From a virus (lineage: Duplodnaviria; Caudoviricetes), in the IMG/VR virus record IMGVR_UViG_3300030433_001610, positions 1 to 38,269 of that record: 38,269 nt of DNA; one strand, written 5' to 3'. Within the stretch, counting starts at the first letter, position 1. Every line of letters begins with the position of its first letter. This document shows positions 35,009-38,269 of this stretch, one piece after another. The translations under genes were made by a program, and so were the position numbers. The notes beneath the pieces were generated by a model that ran no database searches, had not been told where the DNA came from, and saw only the letters and a list, made by a program, of their open reading frames with translations.

Positions 35009-36831
35009 GCCACCTTCCTTATCGTAAATCCTGTGTAATGTGGAGTATTGTTTGAATAAGGGTCAGAACTCCCAGTTGCGACCAACTTTCTATTACTTCC
35101 AGTCCATACAATGTATCCACTCAAATTGATTACAGTATCAGCAGTTGTTTTGATGGTAGCAGTAGTAAACTGTGACATTCTTACAACATAATTCAAGTTG
35201 ATGATATTTCTGTAGTACGCATATCTGTTAGTTTGACTTGAATCACCTATTGATAAGTCAAATTCTAAATTTGAGTTTGCTGTATCAGCAGCAAAATAAC
35301 CATATACATTTACCTCAAAAATACCCGCACCCTTGAGCGTTATACTTGTGCCTGAAAAGGTTACTACGTTGGCATCTGCGGCATATGCTGTGAAATCACC
35401 GCTATCGAATGTATATCTTGAAGCAGAAGATAAAGTTTCATCGGATGTTAAACCATATCGTACTATTGAATTAGTCATTACCGCACCTGCTGATGTAACA
35501 TTAGCGGTGTCAGTCACGTCAGCATTTGCTTCTATGCCGTCCAACTTCGTCTTGTCGGCACTCGACATCGAACCTGCTGCACTGGTTGTAGCCGCACTGA
35601 TACCGATTGTACCTGTTGTAGTGATTGTGCCACCAGTGATTGGTGCAGTAGTGGCAATAGAAGTCACTGTACCTGTCGCTGTACCGATGACCTCAATACT
35701 GTTCCAAGATGTGTTAGTTTTATCGTAAACGTATTGCTTCACCGTTTGACCAAACGCACCTAATGAGTTGAAATTGACAGTATTGCTACCATGTAGATTC
35801 TTGATGGTGATGACGTGACCATCAGGGAATGTACCGCTTGGTGTCACTGTACACGTACCACTGGGTGTGAGCATGAGTACGTTCTCATCCGCCGACGTAA
35901 CGGTGATACTGGTGGCCGTAGAAGATAAGACCGAGTTGAAGATACGACGTGTAAACCGATTACCGCCTGAATCCTTACCTGAATAAAACATGACTTGGTT
36001 ACCTTCGCTATCGTACGATTGCCACATAGCACCCATACGACTGTTCGCTAACGCACCTGCTTCTTCACCACCACCATGTAGGTTATCGAGGTCGGTATGT
36101 GAATCAACCGCAGTCGTAGCACCTACTGCACCTGATGTGACAGGTGTAAAATAAATTGGACTTGGTTTGATGAACACTCGCTTATCGTTGATTTCAGTTA
36201 CTTTCAGATTTAAATCACCTGAACCACTTTCGTAGACACATCGTAGAACAGCAAGGACAACAGATTGCTTGACGTTTTGTGATACGCCTTTTTGTGTGGG
36301 AGCATTGAGGAACGAATGTGGAGCCAATGGGTAACCACTGCTTACGGGTGTACCCATCTCCCAGTAGATGCGCTTGTTTGCGTTTGTGGTATCATTAACA
36401 GAAGACACGTAAATGACAACCAACGCTTCTTGACCTGATGTTAGTGCCGATACTGTACCACTAACGGACTTGTAGTTGCTTGCATTTTGAATGTCTACAT
36501 CGACTGTTGTACCGCCACCAAATTCGTATGCTACACCGTCGATGACAGCATAGCCTCCTCGCACAACGACTTCGTAGTGATTGGACGATGCCTTACCGTT
36601 TACATTACCCGCTAAATTAAGTGGGTTGTTACGGTCACTGTCACCTGATGCTGTGTCTTCTTCAAGAAGAATACCGTTACCATGCACTCCTTCATACAGG
36701 TTTGTTAGTGTGGGACTGATGATGTGTTCACCATCAAACAACCCATCTTCCGCAGTAGGCGTAGCCAAACTGGTGTGGGTCGTAAGCGTCATGTTTCCTT
36801 TCGTGTGTCCTGATAATGGGTTTCCTGTCAT
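35005..36831 (-). CDS. Tail fibre / receptor-binding protein
   Basis: Rich in Thr, Gly and Ser; GTVTSI, MSSADKTKLDGIEANADVTD fibre motif; beta-rich C-terminal head. Confidence 0.75.
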   Translation of the reverse strand: MTGNPLSGHTKGNMTLTTHTSLATPTAEDGLFDGEHIISPTLTNLYEGVHGNGILLEEDTASGDSDRNNPLNLAGNVNGKASSNHYEVVVRGGYAVIDGVAYEFGGGTTVDVDIQNASNYKSVSGTVSALTSGQEALVVIYVSSVNDTTNANKRIYWEMGTPVSSGYPLAPHSFLNAPTQKGVSQNVKQSVVLAVLRCVYESGSGDLNLKVTEINDKRVFIKPSPIYFTPVTSGAVGATTAVDSHTDLDNLHGGGEEAGALANSRMGAMWQSYDSEGNQVMFYSGKDSGGNRFTRRIFNSVLSSTATSITVTSADENVLMLTPSGTCTVTPSGTFPDGHVITIKNLHGSNTVNFNSLGAFGQTVKQYVYDKTNTSWNSIEVIGTATGTVTSIATTAPITGGTITTTGTIGISAATTSAAGSMSSADKTKLDGIEANADVTDTANVTSAGAVMTNSIVRYGLTSDETLSSASRYTFDSGDFTAYAADANVVTFSGTSITLKGAGIFEVNVYGYFAADTANSNLEFDLSIGDSSQTNRYAYYRNIINLNYVVRMSQFTTATIKTTADTVINLSGYIVWTGSNRKLVATGSSDPYSNNTPHYTGFTIRKVA

Positions 36832-37175
36832 TATGCCACCTCAATTGTAATTTCGATTTTAACTTCGTTGCTCGTCGTTTTTGATATTGGTTTAACTGTG
36901 AATCTACCTACAGGTGTGAAGTCATTGGTGTTTCGCAGTTGTAGATAGACTTCTTTGATTGCTTCGTTGAATGCTTGAGTTTGAGGAACAATGGCCTCTA
37001 CCAATAGTGTAGCATCGTCTACAATGGTGATGGTAGGTGTGAGGGTCATTGCAGGGCGACCAGTCCCGCCGTCGTCACTGGTGGCAGGTGTTCCATCAAA
37101 ACCAATGATAACCTCATTGATGTTGTCACGAATCGTTTCAAGCAACAATCTTCGTAGGTGATTACTTACTGGGAT
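36831..37175 (-). CDS. Putative tail/baseplate structural protein
   Basis: IG.DGT...EVYL..R....I.KT..NEV.IE pattern. Start placed at ATC 37175 by SD spacing; the ORF track gives TTG 37148. Confidence 0.55.
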   Translation of the reverse strand: MPVSNHLRRLLLETIRDNINEVIIGFDGTPATSDDGGTGRPAMTLTPTITIVDDATLLVEAIVPQTQAFNEAIKEVYLQLRNTNDFTPVGRFTVKPISKTTSNEVKIEITIEVA

Positions 37176-38269
37176 GAGTATACCTCCTTTGTTTGTGCTA
37201 AGTGGTGACTCTTGTTACCACCGAGTGGTTCGTTACCACCACCAATTTTACCCCTCGTGTTGCCACCAATCAAGATTGCGGTCGAATAGACAGCATTTTC
37301 GATAACTTTGGTTTCAAACCGCAACTCCACCTTACCGAATAATGCCAAGTTCGTATCAACCACTTGCATGTATGTAGCGGGATTTGTTTCATTAGCATCT
37401 ATTGTAGAGCCTTCGTTGATACCTTGCAGTATACCTTCAAGACCAACTTCGACATTCATAAGAGCAAAATCGCTACGGTTCTGAAGAGGATAGTGTCGCA
37501 CCTCGGTGATGAGTTTGTTTCGACCTTCATGTACCACAGTCATACCGGGGCGCACATTGAGTGAATCGTAGTTGTTGTTGATGGTTTGCGAGCCTTTCAT
37601 CAGTGATTGACCACGCAGTATCTTACGTGCAACTCTACGTGCGCTCATCTTGCTTCGCACCGTGTGGTCTACGATAGGAGCAGGTGCTTCACGTACGTCT
37701 GTGACTTGTGATTCAGTATCGTCTACTGTGACGATTACAAGGTCATTGAGTGCCATTGGTAATCCTTGTACTGTCACACGATTGAATGTGTTATCAACAG
37801 GGTTGGATTGTGTGGTGTTTGATAGTTTGTCGGTAATGTTGATTGCGCTTTCGGAAAATGTAAGTGGAATGTACAGTAGATTACCAAAAGCATCGAGCAA
37901 TACCATACGACCATCATGACGAGCAAGATAGCGCAGTGATGTCATAAGGTTCGTATTTTGGAAATCCTTAGCAATGAAGCGTGTGCTATGATGACGGTGT
38001 GTTGCGACTGTGCTTTCAGGTCGTGCGATATTGACGCTCGTTACACCACTGTCCACCGACTCACCCAACTTGATAGCCAAGTCCGTTGTACGTAGCCCCA
38101 CGTCCACTGGTTGTCCGAGTTTTACAATATCACTGGTAAAGCCAATGTCTTGCAGTGTGCGGCCTTTCATGTTACGTAGGTTACCAAACACACCGATGGT
38201 GCTGTTCTCAACATCGCTCAATACGATGCGCTCGGATGGGTTGTCGGCGTTGTAAAGGAGGATAGGTAT
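37166..38269 (-). CDS. Putative baseplate hub / tail protein, 5'-partial
   Basis: The frame is open to the window edge; LRYLA..DG..LD.FGNL.Y, NRVTVQG, A...A..IL and .PG..V pattern of tail hub proteins. Confidence 0.55.
   Translation of the reverse strand: MPILLYNADNPSERIVLSDVENSTIGVFGNLRNMKGRTLQDIGFTSDIVKLGQPVDVGLRTTDLAIKLGESVDSGVTSVNIARPESTVATHRHHSTRFIAKDFQNTNLMTSLRYLARHDGRMVLLDAFGNLLYIPLTFSESAINITDKLSNTTQSNPVDNTFNRVTVQGLPMALNDLVIVTVDDTESQVTDVREAPAPIVDHTVRSKMSARRVARKILRGQSLMKGSQTINNNYDSLNVRPGMTVVHEGRNKLITEVRHYPLQNRSDFALMNVEVGLEGILQGINEGSTIDANETNPATYMQVVDTNLALFGKVELRFETKVIENAVYSTAILIGGNTRGKIGGGNEPLGGNKSHHLAQTKEVYSSQ

Noticed and set aside
35005-36831. Diversity-generating retroelement acting on the tail fibre
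   Set aside because: No reverse transcriptase and no template/variable repeat pair are visible in this window.

Overview
This window is part of a tailed archaeal dsDNA virus genome. It most resembles the magroviruses that infect Marine Group II Euryarchaeota (Poseidoniales); this is inferred from gene content, not from a database search. Three blocks are visible. (1) 1-19760 (+): an accessory/early region of mostly small, translationally coupled ORFs. It includes a partial SNF2 helicase, a PEP-synthase/PPDK-like dikinase coupled to a CX5R phosphatase, a HipA/PI3K-like kinase, a second CX5R phosphatase, a DenV-like glycosylase, a cytosine methyltransferase, DUF932, PC4 and a degenerate ligase-like protein. 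(2) About 19750-34740 (+): an archaeal-type replication module with RFC, a putative SSB, a RecA/Sak4-like ATPase, a PCNA-like clamp, PolB, a Cas4-like nuclease, fused PriS-PriL primase, an ERCC4 nuclease, an MCM-like ATPase, a DEDD exonuclease and a thermosome. (3) 34722-38269 (-): the convergent end of the tail module. A 23-bp TATA-containing motif (TTTATAAAYYGGCAAAGAGAAAG) occurs 8 times at the heads of + strand gene clusters. The most notable candidates are a viral reversible-phosphorylation toolkit (dikinase, kinase, two phosphatases), the extended promoter element, a structured intergenic RNA with C/U-rich loops upstream of the clamp gene, repeated gene-junction sequences, PIP-box microproteins and a TFS-like zinc ribbon. 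All protein calls come from motifs recognised by eye.
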